IMG/VR virus record: IMGVR_UViG_3300009034_000001
Span: 124,001-188,000 of that record
Reading direction: 5' to 3' (one strand)
DNA: 64,000 nucleotides
The notes under the pieces are model-generated. The model had not been told where the DNA came from. It searched no databases and was given only the letters and a program-made list of their open reading frames with translations. Below, in pieces: positions 34,375-45,636 of the stretch (within the stretch, counting starts at the first letter, position 1; every line of letters begins with the position of its first letter). Made by a program: the position numbers and the translations under genes.

Positions 34375-35307
34375 TCAAAATGCATAATTTACTATGCTGC
34401 CTTTAGAAACCTTCTTTATATTCAAACGTTTCTTACTTCCAAAAATCACCCAATCATCAAAGCCAACAAAAGGTTTGTAAATATAGCCAACATAAGTGTA
34501 GTACTGTTTTAATACCTTAACAGTATCACCCAACGTGCGACTTCCCGTGCCTAAACCGGTTATAACATATGGAACGGTAAAATGACAAAAGTAAACAAGC
34601 TCCCTGAACTTAGCTAATTCATTCCCTTCATGCCAATCGTCAGGTTGACAAAAGAACACATCGTTATATAGTAACGCTTCCAGAACGTCATAACGTTTAT
34701 GAAAAACTTTATAACGTTTCTCCGGCATAACCGTTGGCATACCAAGATAGACAAGTTGTATAACATCTGGATTCAAAACATTTTGTAAAAACATATTTGC
34801 ATCGCCAAATCGGAAGTCAACCTGGTTAGGCTTAATCCTTGAAGTCATCCTCTCTAAATACTTCTGATTCTTCTTCACAAGTTCATTTACCGGAACTTGT
34901 AAGTCATGAACATAAATATGTTCCAACCATGCCATAATCTGTGCAGCACGAGAAAAACTTTGTGGCTGTTTCTTAAATATATAGTCAGCAATGGCCTTTA
35001 CAGTCTTCATTCTATCGCAGCATATCACATTGAGACCTTTTCTAGCACATCCATAAGGTAAGTCCAACCCACACGCAAAAGGTATAACAACTTGTTCAAC
35101 ATCAGGTGGGATATTTTCAACAATTTCATCTAAGATTAACCGTTGGGAACCCAAGATGCGAGTATCAAATATAATATCACGATCGAACTCCGGCTTATTC
35201 TTTACAGTTAATTCAAGCCTTTCATAGTTATCCGACTCTAATGATCTCACAAATTGTTTTAATCTGTCAATCCAAAGTTGATTCGCTTTATTTCTTGGTT
35301 TCTTCAT
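34375..35307 (-). CDS. D12-class DNA methyltransferase-like protein with altered motifs
   Basis: LGSQRLIL..I, IPFACG, NVICCD, DAN, LVYLGMP where DPPY is expected. Confidence 0.55.
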   Translation of the reverse strand: MKKPRNKANQLWIDRLKQFVRSLESDNYERLELTVKNKPEFDRDIIFDTRILGSQRLILDEIVENIPPDVEQVVIPFACGLDLPYGCARKGLNVICCDRMKTVKAIADYIFKKQPQSFSRAAQIMAWLEHIYVHDLQVPVNELVKKNQKYLERMTSRIKPNQVDFRFGDANMFLQNVLNPDVIQLVYLGMPTVMPEKRYKVFHKRYDVLEALLYNDVFFCQPDDWHEGNELAKFRELVYFCHFTVPYVITGLGTGSRTLGDTVKVLKQYYTYVGYIYKPFVGFDDWVIFGSKKRLNIKKVSKGSIVNYAF

Positions 35308-36086
35308 CGTACATACACCTCACTAGCAAAGGCACGTAACTTCATACAATTGTTCCAAATCTGGAGTAACACTTTCGGACCAACCTTGATCGAAAAGTCG
35401 AGATCAAATGGACTTGGTTTTTCAAAAGTGCCAAACTGACTAATTTCCTTACCGGCTAACGCAAGTTTGGTTGGATCTCCAGTATCAAGACGTAAGTACA
35501 AACCAGCGTGTCGATATCCCATTAATTCCAATCCACCATCTGAAGGCATACCTAGTAAATGAATAACCTTGTTTATTGTTAATTTACTTAACAGGTAACT
35601 TAAAAACCTCAAACGATTTATGCCAGGATGAGTTGAAAACAACGCGGGCAATAAACCTCTATAGCCAAACCCGATCGAGTAAATCTCAGGGTGTTGATTA
35701 AACCAATTAAAACTTTGAACTAGAGATTCAAGTTCCAAACCTTGAACAACGCCCATGAACTTTATATCTGGACCAAAGGCATCACGAAATAATTTTATTG
35801 AACGATCGGCTGTGCGAATTGTCTTCTGTGCATCCTTCCAAATGTCAGGCAATACTACTTCATTAGGCTGTGTCAACTCAATCTTTTCGCACATCTTTTC
35901 AGCTTCCATTGCAACGCCGCACTCAACCGCGCCGTTATCCAAAACTTTCCACTTTGAATTCTGTGAGTAGAACTTGGTATAAGCATTACTTGGTTCTACT
36001 AAGTGTGCCAGTAACAAATGAAAATCTTGCAAACTGTCAAAGTCGTCCAAATATGCAGTTGGCACACAAAAACTAAACTCTATCAT
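35304..36086 (-). CDS. TGT-fold protein, candidate DNA 7-deazaguanine transglycosylase (DpdA-like)
   Basis: VLDNGA, VLPD, GVVQG, IGFG, HLLG, LDTG occur in TGT barrel order. Confidence 0.65.
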   Translation of the reverse strand: MIEFSFCVPTAYLDDFDSLQDFHLLLAHLVEPSNAYTKFYSQNSKWKVLDNGAVECGVAMEAEKMCEKIELTQPNEVVLPDIWKDAQKTIRTADRSIKLFRDAFGPDIKFMGVVQGLELESLVQSFNWFNQHPEIYSIGFGYRGLLPALFSTHPGINRLRFLSYLLSKLTINKVIHLLGMPSDGGLELMGYRHAGLYLRLDTGDPTKLALAGKEISQFGTFEKPSPFDLDFSIKVGPKVLLQIWNNCMKLRAFASEVYVR

Positions 36087-36725
36087 AATACACCTCCGTC
36101 TCGTGTCTCCTGTCCTTCCTTCACGACAGATTGCAACCTTTTGTACATAAGTTCACTTGTTAAAAAGCCACTCCCCAGTTTTGCAAATAGTAGAACTAAA
36201 GCCGGAATCCAAGCTTCTCTACCAAGGTAAAATCCACAAAGGAATAGGGTAACTGTAGAAAGCCTACCAACAACTTGCAACCCGTTTTGATAAAAACGAG
36301 AAGATTTAAGTGCCGTCCTTTCCATTACTAAGCTTTAATAGTAAAAATTCTCCTTTAGTATTGAGATAAATGCCAATTTCACCTTTATCAATGCTTTCGA
36401 ACCAAATTTTAATCAGTGGCGGCGGTGGCATTAGTTTCCACACAGACAAAATCACAGCCCACTTAAAAGCACGTTTTTCGTCCACGGATACCTCTTCGGA
36501 AGTGTCCACCACACCACTAATGGCCTGAGTCCCAGGTAAGATGTTGAGGATATCCGTTGATTCAACTTGTGTAGATTTCGAAACATTTTGTTCACTTTTA
36601 CGGCTAAAATATAACAGTGCTATTACAATAACGACAGTTATAATTATAATAGAAATTTCGCTCACCGGCCTCGATTTTTCTGTGGACTATACTAGAATTT
36701 TAAACATACGGGTATAATGAAGACA

Positions 36726-37229
36726 CTATATAAGTACAACAACAAGAAGTATTGTGGTTACTATTTGGACAATTGTTCCAAGTGCGTCTCTTATTACCTT
36801 CTGCCTTTCCATCTTAATCAACTGGTTCTGGGTATCAACAAAAATCTTGTAATATGTATCTCCTCTAGCCTGTTCTAATTGCAACAAATCAATCATAGAA
36901 TTAAGTAATCTTGTCTGGATACCAAGTTTTTCAAAATATAACTTAGCAACTTCGTGATATTCCTTGCCTTGCCGTACCTTAGCCACCAGCTTATCATGTT
37001 CCTTAACCAAATAGCCAATCACTTCCTTGCCATCAGGTGTCTGCATTTCTATTGGTATTGGCTTTTCTATCTTCCGCTGTTCGATTTCAGTCAGCAAGTC
37101 CTTCGTCTGAGCAGACTTTTGAATTTCGATGTGGTTAAGTGGAATATGCTTTAAATAAGCAGGGCCGCAACCACTAATCCCAAGAGTCATTAAGACTATC
37201 AATAGACTCCTTAGCATCTTTGCTATCAT
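36726..37229 (-). CDS. lipoprotein, o-spanin-like
   Basis: Lipobox-like LGISGC; overlaps upstream TM/coiled-coil gene in lysis cassette; also has a C-terminal hydrophobic segment. Confidence 0.5.
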   Translation of the reverse strand: MIAKMLRSLLIVLMTLGISGCGPAYLKHIPLNHIEIQKSAQTKDLLTEIEQRKIEKPIPIEMQTPDGKEVIGYLVKEHDKLVAKVRQGKEYHEVAKLYFEKLGIQTRLLNSMIDLLQLEQARGDTYYKIFVDTQNQLIKMERQKVIRDALGTIVQIVTTILLVVVLI

Positions 37230-37533
37230 GTTTCCCTCCTAACCTTTCTTTGACCCTCTTGTCGAAGTTGTTGATTCGATCATCAACCTCTTTCAATTGA
37301 TCTTGAAGATATAATATTTCTTCTTCTTTACTTTCGATTTCACTTGTGGTCTTAGCTACTTTTTTCAAGTCTTCGGTAATAGCCAATTTGTGTTCCAAGC
37401 GTTGTTTCTCATGTTTCTGGTTAAGCTTGCCGATTAAATACCAAAACACAATAAGAAGTCCCACAAGAAAAGGTATGAACTTGTAACCTTTCTTAATGGT
37501 ACTTTTAATTATGTTCCACAAACTTTTCAACAT
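37174..37533 (-). CDS. i-spanin-like protein
   Basis: N-terminal TM plus coiled coil, downstream of holin and endolysin. Confidence 0.5.
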   Translation of the reverse strand: MLKSLWNIIKSTIKKGYKFIPFLVGLLIVFWYLIGKLNQKHEKQRLEHKLAITEDLKKVAKTTSEIESKEEEILYLQDQLKEVDDRINNFDKRVKERLGGKHDSKDAKESIDSLNDSWD

Positions 37534-37564
37534 AACACCTCCTGACGTTATTCCTGAACTGCGG

Positions 37565-37864
37565 TTACACCTTTATTCGTCCGCCACCTAACTGTTTTAT
37601 CTTTTTTGCAACGTGCACGCCACTACTCGTTAACCAAGTACGTACAGTTGCTGTTTTAAAGACTTCACGCATTCCGTAAATAACGCCATAATTAGCCACA
37701 TTAAAGGTTGTCCAATTACCTCCCGAGATGTGACTATGTGTAACCAACCACGTTGAAACCCAAAGGCCACTTATGATGCCCCAAGTTTTCAAACTGATTA
37801 CATTTTCAACAATCTTGTATAAAGCAGCTTTCCAAAATGATTCTTCCACTTTCTTTTCTGCCAT
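37565..37864 (-). CDS. putative holin
   Basis: Small, two hydrophobic segments, basic C-terminus, next to endolysin. Confidence 0.45.
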   Translation of the reverse strand: MAEKKVEESFWKAALYKIVENVISLKTWGIISGLWVSTWLVTHSHISGGNWTTFNVANYGVIYGMREVFKTATVRTWLTSSGVHVAKKIKQLGGGRIKV

Positions 37865-37959
37865 TGTTACCCCCTTTACTTCGTTATATCATCTTAATAG
37901 TTAGTCCAATTACTAAGGAAAATTACAGTTAAAAACACATCTCTTATGTTAAGAAATAT

Positions 37960-38475
37960 TTAAACTCTATTCAACCAGCCTTTTAAATACTTTGTAAGCT
38001 CTGGCCTACGTTCAGATAGCTTGATATATCTGACAACTTCCTCACAACGATATATCTTAAGTAAGGCTTTAGACCAACCATCCTCAATAAGCAAATTCAA
38101 ATTGTACAATGTTTTAGGGCCAATATCTCCATCCAGCATCAAATACGCTGGTTCCCCAAGTACCATAGTAAGTTTATTTACTGTACGTTGTAAGGTAACG
38201 GATGCTGTCTTTACGCCTACGTTCACAGCATAATCCAAAATTTCTGTTGCTAAATCCTGATCCTCAATGTAAACACCTTTTATTGGACACCAGTAATCGC
38301 AGTCATAAATTTCAGTTGCTTCATCCTTGGTTAAACTTTTAATGTCAACAGCTGGATGTGCACGTTTAGAGATTCCATATTTTGTTTCTCCACCCGGATC
38401 GTCGGGATCATTTACATATCCGCCTTCATGTTCAAAGATTACAGGCATTGCTTTCTCTAGTCTGGCCATAAACAT
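37960..38475 (-). CDS. endolysin, glycoside hydrolase family 108
   Basis: HEGGYVNDPDDPGGETKYGIS, DGDIGPKT, GWLNRV. Confidence 0.92.
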   Translation of the reverse strand: MFMARLEKAMPVIFEHEGGYVNDPDDPGGETKYGISKRAHPAVDIKSLTKDEATEIYDCDYWCPIKGVYIEDQDLATEILDYAVNVGVKTASVTLQRTVNKLTMVLGEPAYLMLDGDIGPKTLYNLNLLIEDGWSKALLKIYRCEEVVRYIKLSERRPELTKYLKGWLNRV

Positions 38476-39135
38476 TTACCTCCTGAAGTCTTTGTGTTTC
38501 AACTTAGTTACTATACGTTTACCCGACCGAGCTTTTAATTCAACCAATGGCTTCAACACAAGTCCCTCAGCAAGAAAGTCGCCAAAGCTCGATTTAAGTC
38601 CACGTTTAACAGTCATTATAGCATCATCAATAGTTCCTATGCTAAGGATTTGGACAATATCAATTCCAAGCTTCGTTGCAATATCTACCATATTTCCCCT
38701 TTCAAGCCACCAATCATTAATTAATATGTCAAATAGTATGAAACTCTGTCCATCGCGTATGTAATTGCCCCCTTTCTGAATTCCGGCGCCATAACCTTCG
38801 CCATACAAAGTCACGTCCTGCATTCCAAACATTTTCTTAAACTTTTCAACAGGGAACATTTTATTAAGTACCTCTAGCAATAGTGGGGGCATATTCGCAT
38901 TATCGGTTTTTCCTCTAAACGAAACTTTATCCGCATCGTTAATTTCAATCCCGTTGTTTGCAACGGTTCTGTAAATTACCCTGATGTTCATTCCGTCAAT
39001 TTTCTCGGTCCCAACCCAGAAGTTATCCTTCAAGTATTGAAATTCAGGCCGAGTCCAATCACCTTCGATGAAGTAATTTGGTTTCTGTGACATATCGCGT
39101 TTGAAGATACTTTGAATTTTAGGATACTCCTTCAC
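38476..39135 (-). CDS. RNA ligase (Rnl2-like adenylation domain)
   Basis: TEKIDGMN, YGEGYG, FILFDI, AEGLVLKP, TKLK. Confidence 0.85.
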   Translation of the reverse strand: MKEYPKIQSIFKRDMSQKPNYFIEGDWTRPEFQYLKDNFWVGTEKIDGMNIRVIYRTVANNGIEINDADKVSFRGKTDNANMPPLLLEVLNKMFPVEKFKKMFGMQDVTLYGEGYGAGIQKGGNYIRDGQSFILFDILINDWWLERGNMVDIATKLGIDIVQILSIGTIDDAIMTVKRGLKSSFGDFLAEGLVLKPLVELKARSGKRIVTKLKHKDFRR

Positions 39136-39766
39136 TTGCGTAACCCCCTATATACAAAGTATTATTGTCATTATTACAATTACGCCAACAACCAGGCTCA
39201 TTAAAAGGAAGACCTTATCATCCTGATCAGCTATTTTCTCTTTTTCCAATGCCTCCTCGTATGTAATGTCTCCTTTTTGCCATTTATCCCTAATTTCCTT
39301 TCTCATTTTCTAACTCCCTCATCACTACACGTCAATCTTCTTCAGAATTATCCTCGTCCTCTTCAAGTATTGACTTCTTATACTCTTCAGTACAAATCAC
39401 ACAGCCACGACTGCCATAGTCATGATAATACTCATCAATACTAGTATCAACCTTCTCGCCTTTATTCACCTGCTCTACCGCATGATTAAAGCATAATGAG
39501 CCATACTTCTTTGTTGAAAAGACCACCTCCCACGGACTACTCATACCTTAGCCTCCTCAAATGCTTGCTTAACATCTGTTATGCACTTCCTGACTGACTT
39601 TTCAGCTCTAACCCAAAACTTTAGTTTCTTTTCAAGATATACAAGATCACAATCTTTATCGCAATGTTCATCTTTAATCTGGTCAGTTATCGATACCTGA
39701 GATATCAATATTCGTGTCAATACTTCCTGTAAGTCGTAAAAAATTCCGCCCATAACTATTATCCTC

Positions 39767-40003
39767 CTACACCACGGAAACGTAGCCGTTTGAAAATTTA
39801 ACTGTGCCTCGTTTCTTAGCAAATAGTGTAAAATCTCTTCCAACACCGACGTTGGAACCCAGCTTTATTTTTGTGCCAACTTGTCTCACCAAAATTGTTC
39901 CTACGTTTACAAGTTGGCCATCTCCTCGTCTCACGCCTCTACGCTTTCCCCGCGTATGACACCCTTGATGGGCTCTACTGCCGCCAGCTTTCTTGTGTGC
40001 CAT
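39767..40003 (-). CDS. rpmA: 50S ribosomal protein bL27
   Basis: MAHKKAGGS...KRRGV...[11 protein letters not shown]...[18 protein letters not shown]. Confidence 0.95.
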   Translation of the reverse strand: MAHKKAGGSRAHQGCHTRGKRRGVRRGDGQLVNVGTILVRQVGTKIKLGSNVGVGRDFTLFAKKRGTVKFSNGYVSVV

Positions 40004-40005
40004 TG

Positions 40006-40527
40006 TTACTCCTGTAACATAAGCGTGTTCTGGCCTAACAATTTAAAATGTTCTGGTTTGAATGTTGCAAAGAAGTCAACTGAACTACACAACCACCAAT
40101 TGGTATCTAAAAGTATGAAAGGTTTGTCCCAAAGTATGTTAGAAAGCCGCTGAGATAATTCAATAAACTCGAACTTCATGCCGATGTAGGGTTTTCGGTT
40201 ATCACGTTTAATCACCAATATTGGTATCCGGTTGGTTTCCCTAGCGTCACGTTCACATTGTGCAGCATATTCAAGGAATCTAACATTTTTGTTATGGTCC
40301 AAAAGTTTTAGTATATCAAATTCTTTCGGCGCTTTCAACTCAATATTAAAATGATCAATTAATGGTAAACCAAGTTTATAGTGAGGATGATTAAGATTAA
40401 CCGTAACGTCCCCTTGGTGGGACTGACCAGGAATGCGTTTAAAGATACCTGTGTATTGTCCATTTGTCCACCAACGACTCAACGACTTTTTCGGCCACTC
40501 TCTTTCAAAACTTTTCCACGATTTCAT
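40006..40527 (-). CDS. PD-(D/E)XK Holliday junction resolvase-like protein
   Basis: [18 protein letters not shown]. Confidence 0.6.
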   Translation of the reverse strand: MKSWKSFEREWPKKSLSRWWTNGQYTGIFKRIPGQSHQGDVTVNLNHPHYKLGLPLIDHFNIELKAPKEFDILKLLDHNKNVRFLEYAAQCERDARETNRIPILVIKRDNRKPYIGMKFEFIELSQRLSNILWDKPFILLDTNWWLCSSVDFFATFKPEHFKLLGQNTLMLQE

Positions 40528-41448
40528 CCTATATCACCTTCTATAACCTTCCGTTCCTCATGAATTACCTGAATGTGTGGCCGCCATTCAAATGGAATTT
40601 CAGCATTAACTTGAGCTTCTGTAGCACCCATAGACTCAAGGAGTGCTACAATCCCAAGGCATTCAATTGGAGTATGTTGTTTGTAATCCTTATTCAAGTT
40701 TCCCAATTTACTTAAAGTGCAATTCGCCCTAAGTAACTTAATAAACTCGTTGTCAAGTTCTATCGTTATCCTAACCTTCCTAGACATAAAGCCTCCTTAA
40801 GAAACATCACCATACTGTTGGATTTACATCACCGTGCTGTTTGATTTTTGTATCTTCATATAGACCGTGGTTTTTACGATATATCTCCAAGATAGCCATT
40901 ATTAACGATCCAACCCCAAGAGCTCTCTCCCAGTATTTCCCGTTAAATGTGTCAAGTAGTCTATAAATCACATAAGTAAATTCACCTGCGGCTTTAGTCT
41001 GATCATCAGGAAGTCTCGAAAGAATTGTGTTTATTGCAACATCATATTCTTCTCTTCGTTCTTGTGGTATATACGGCATTTTTTACCTCCTTCATCTCTC
41101 CATACGGTTTCACCGTAGGATATACATAACTAGCTGCTTGCAACTTTGGACAATTAATACAGCATCTCGACCACGAAAGTGTCCACGGTTTCCCACTAAA
41201 ATCCCAATTATGAAAGCCAACAAAACAAAAGAACCTTCTAAACCGTTCCCATATACTATCAACCAATTTCTTCATATGTAGTTCCTCGTTCGATATAAGT
41301 TGGTATTTCATACACATCTGGAAACTCTTTAAATAACTCAAATTCCAAACGTCTTAAGAACGATTCGCGTTCCACTCTTTCGCTCCAACGTCGCAGGTAA
41401 TGCCCAAGGTAAATTATTGCAAACCACATAGCCATTTTCTATTACTCC

Positions 41449-41670
41449 TTATGTTTTTAAATTTTTTAAAGCTTTTTCAACCTTCTCGATACTCTCCTTA
41501 GTAACAAATTCTTCGTTGCAAATGTCACAACGTTTTACGGTAAAATCAAACACCGTAACATGAAAAAATTCCTTTCCGCGCGTGAATGGCTTCGGAAACT
41601 TAAAAGTTTCACGCGCTTTCACCGTCAAGTGTAAAATGCCCTCGTCACAAACGTAACACTTCTCTTCCAT
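41449..41670 (-). CDS. YgiT/MqsA-type zinc finger protein
   Basis: CYVC...CDICNEEF; likely start MEEKC. Confidence 0.6.
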   Translation of the reverse strand: MEEKCYVCDEGILHLTVKARETFKFPKPFTRGKEFFHVTVFDFTVKRCDICNEEFVTKESIEKVEKALKNLKT

Positions 41671-41891
41671 TAATCTTCCTTTATCAAACCATCCAACAAG
41701 CCCCAGCGTGTCTTCGTCCAACAGCGTTCATACAGCCAATAGAAAAGTGTTTTAGTCACTGCAACACCGGCCGTAATTTCTAATGATGTAAGCCAAGCCC
41801 CGGTAACAGCTTCACAGACAAGAAAAGTTATAACTATTGCGCCAACCCGATAACCAACGGTTTTAACTAATGTTCTTTTATGTGTTTCCAT
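41670..41891 (-). CDS. DUF2061-like small membrane protein
   Basis: METHKRTLVKTVGYR...YWLYERCW..WG. Confidence 0.7.
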   Translation of the reverse strand: METHKRTLVKTVGYRVGAIVITFLVCEAVTGAWLTSLEITAGVAVTKTLFYWLYERCWTKTRWGLLDGLIKED

Positions 41892-42269
41892 TTCGATTTA
41901 TTTAAAAAATAACTTTACCGACTTTAACACGTTTAATTAATTGTTTAATTTCGTCAAGTAGTTCCATCCTTTCACTGCACAAAATCGGAGAGTAATAATT
42001 CCAGTAGTCTGGACTACTATGGTTCATATAATAAACACATCTGTTCAGAATATCTAATAGCTCAGACTTCTTACGCTGTTGTGTAACTTTTTTTACGGCC
42101 TTCCGGATAACACTACGCTTAACAGTGCCCTTACCCGGATGATTTTTAACAATTCGTTTCCTCATGGAGTCACCTCGGAAACCTACTAGATACTTTTAAA
42201 TTAAACTATTTTCATCAATAATTCAACGCTTGACAATTGAATCAGGAAAAGAACATTCTAAGTGCCAAT

Positions 42270-42680
42270 TTAACCAAAAGTAGCCCAATTGGTTGGAGTT
42301 TCGTACACTGTAACCTCCTTAACAATAAGAGACTGTGTATTTAACTGACTTGATAGAATGTTATAGATATATCTCGACATAACTTCTGCTGTTGGCTGAT
42401 CCTCTGGTAATAAAACAACTTCATTGCCAAGATTATATAAATGTCGAAACAGCTCATCATCGGAAGACGATAAAATTGTAGCATGATCAAACTTTTCAAG
42501 GATCTTCTTTAATTCCATTTTCAAAATACCAAAATCAATAACCATTCCCTGATTCAAAGTACCTTTACAAACCGTTGCAATAACCTTATAAGTGTGGCCA
42601 TGAAGATTCTTGCATTTACCGTCGTATTCCGGTAATCGATGTGCAGCGTCAAAAGTCATCTCAATACTAACGCAATACAT
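42270..42680 (-). CDS. queD: QueD 6-carboxy-5,6,7,8-tetrahydropterin synthase
   Basis: FDAAHRL, CKNLHGHTY, MVIDF, FDH, PTAE, VYETP. Confidence 0.93.
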   Translation of the reverse strand: MYCVSIEMTFDAAHRLPEYDGKCKNLHGHTYKVIATVCKGTLNQGMVIDFGILKMELKKILEKFDHATILSSSDDELFRHLYNLGNEVVLLPEDQPTAEVMSRYIYNILSSQLNTQSLIVKEVTVYETPTNWATFG

Positions 42681-45636
42681 TAGTCCACCCCCTAACCTTT
42701 TTTACAGCTGTTAACACCAAATCACCTATTTTAATTATTCCCACCATCATCCAAAGAAATATTACCGCAAGCATCACCACTGAAAAGAATCCAATACGTT
42801 TACAATGTAAACTCAAACTAAGATTTTTATGCTGAAAGTTACCGGGACCTTCATCGGACTCATGTAATCCAGTTTCAAGAATATACAGAGCATCGCGCTT
42901 CGTGCGTTCAACAGAAGTGATAGAATTAAGGGTTTCTCCATTGTGCCAAACGTTTGGCCAAACTATTTTAGTTCTTAGGAGTTGTCTAATTTTCTTAACA
43001 TCCTCATCGGATATCAACCACCAATCCATAATATTTCACCTCCTGTACGATTTCCTCCAAGCTCTAATAAATTCCTTATCTTTTTCCTTTACACACCCGA
43101 CACTACACAGACGGGCTTCATAGTTTATTTCCACTAAATGGGTTAGCTCACCGCAGTTCCAACAAGGTTGTAAATCTGGCGCTATCACAAATTCTTCATT
43201 ATCTATGCGAAGGTTCTCTACTATACTCATCACCAACCCTCCTTGCCAAATATCCAATCTCCTACCTTTACAAATGTTACCTTGAGTAAAGTTAAAGAAA
43301 TGCCTAGTGCGAAAATCATAACAACCAGTCCAATGGAACTAGCCATTCCAGCGTGACCGTGAGATAAATACATCAGTAGATTCTCAAACCATTCCATTAC
43401 CAACCTCCTACCATTATTTAATTCACACCTCGGCTGTGTTGATCTTTTGGTTTAGTACACCCATGAGATAATTCGTGAACTTAACAACCTCTTCTTTCCC
43501 AAACCTCTTCTCAAAAGTCTCTGAACAGTCAACATCATATGCGAAAGAGACAAACTCGTAATTTGAAACTGCCTTCTTGAGATTACGTTTTATCGTTTTT
43601 TCATTTAACATAACGTCACCTCACAACTTGGCTTTTCGAGCAAGTGCAATTAATGTTGCCAGATTAAACGTTTCTACCATTAGTTTCCCCGGCAACCTCC
43701 TTTCAAGAATTACAACAAACTCTTGACAGCCATTCATAATAAAATTAGGCAAAACCTGGTCGCCATAGGCATTATCAAGATTATAACCAACAACTCTCGC
43801 TTCGAGTTCTTGCTCATCTGGCTCATGCATATCATCACGACACCCTCGACAAATCTTTAAAAGTCTTGCTTTTGTTTCTTTCATAATTTAACCTCCACTT
43901 TGGGAAAAGGATCGTCGTTACCAAACCAATGACGCCATTCATCATTGGTCATATTTGGCCCCGGATAAGAGTAGTACAAGCCATGATAATCATGCCACAT
44001 TAACTTACCGCCATCAACACGAATACTATAAAATGTACTTCGGGTCCAAAAGTTTCGCCAGTGGTACCTTAACTTTGTATACTTAAACCAATGTGGAATA
44101 CCAAACCAATTCATTCTAAAATCCCAAGAACAACCGCAACCAACATAAATTAAATACTTCACTTCAAACCGTCTCCTTTATACTTGACCTCTGATAAAAG
44201 GCCGGATTATCTCGGGATGCTCTTCACCCTCATCTACTGGCTTTCGAATCTTTTTTTCCGCAGTACCGGACTTTGGAATAATATAAAATCTCACAAAACA
44301 TTTAGCAAATTCAACTTGATAAGCCTCTTGTGGACATTCCATTAAGTAAACCATGTGCCTTTCCGATATCCATTCTAACAAATCATCAAGATCGGTCTCA
44401 TCCATCCTCTTCCAATGTTTATGTTTTTCTGCAGAAACATAAACCAACCCATTTCTTTTTAACCTACGCTTTCGACTTTTATGTACCGAAGAAGCTACTT
44501 GGATTGACTGCGGACCTTTGCGTTTCTTCCGAGACTGCTTCTTCTTAGGTTTAGATTTCTCGTTTGTCCGCGTGGAAATGTTAGGAACGTTTTGTTCTGG
44601 CTCAATAACAGGTTTCCTAAGTTTTGCATCATTTTCCTGTGTGGGTTGGACAATGTCCTGGCCATTCCCTTTTAGTACATCCTGCATCTTAATAATCTTT
44701 GTCATACAAGCCTCCGACAAAACATTTATAATACAACAACACTGTCCTCAACGGACAACTCGACAAATTTTTCTTCAATCTTAAGCTGTGGAAATGGATG
44801 TAAACACAAATAGTAACGTCCATAAACGAGCCACACCCAAGTTACATGCAATTTCTTAAAGAGTTTCTTTGAAAACCACTTATTTATACGCCGTTTAGCT
44901 TCATCAAACACCGTGATATACTTAATTCTAACAACACGCCTTAGATGGTTTGAAATAACAACTTCAAGGTCCGCAATTTTAATAGGAGGACATGTCATCG
45001 GCATGTCAGTTGTACTAGTTAAATCCTTATACAAGTCATGTACCTTCTTTGGACTCACCAAAACCTTCGTTGGGGTAAAACCTTTAAGTGATAACCACGT
45101 CCTCTGGGCTTCAATTTCAGCAATTACTCTTGAACCAAAACTCACCGTCTCAAATGTCAAATCTTCAAACTCAGGTGGAACACTCGAAATGGAATCAACT
45201 ATTTCAACACTTGGTCTAAACACAACAAATCTAACCTGTTGTTCAACAGGTTCAAGTCCAGAACGCATAATGAAGCTTAAACCTCGTTCAAAAGCAGACT
45301 TTACAATATCAAGTCTAAATGAATGTCTAAGCTCACCCCAAACCTGTTCTGTCATCTTTAAACAATGAATAGACTCCAACGGTTAAATCACCTCCCATTA
45401 CCAATCCTCTTTTTTTACCTCATTAACGCCAAATGGCCTTTGGCCTTTGTACCACTTTGCATCTTCTGGAGCATCGGCTAATATTTTCTCCTTCAATTCC
45501 TCGTACTTACCATGATACTCAGGCTTTTCTTGCCCATCAGGCCCAAAAGCTGAAACAGTATCATCATCCCAATGAATTACCTCATTAATTGGAACGTTAG
45601 TCTCTACCATCTTGCAACACCTCCTTACTTTCTGGT

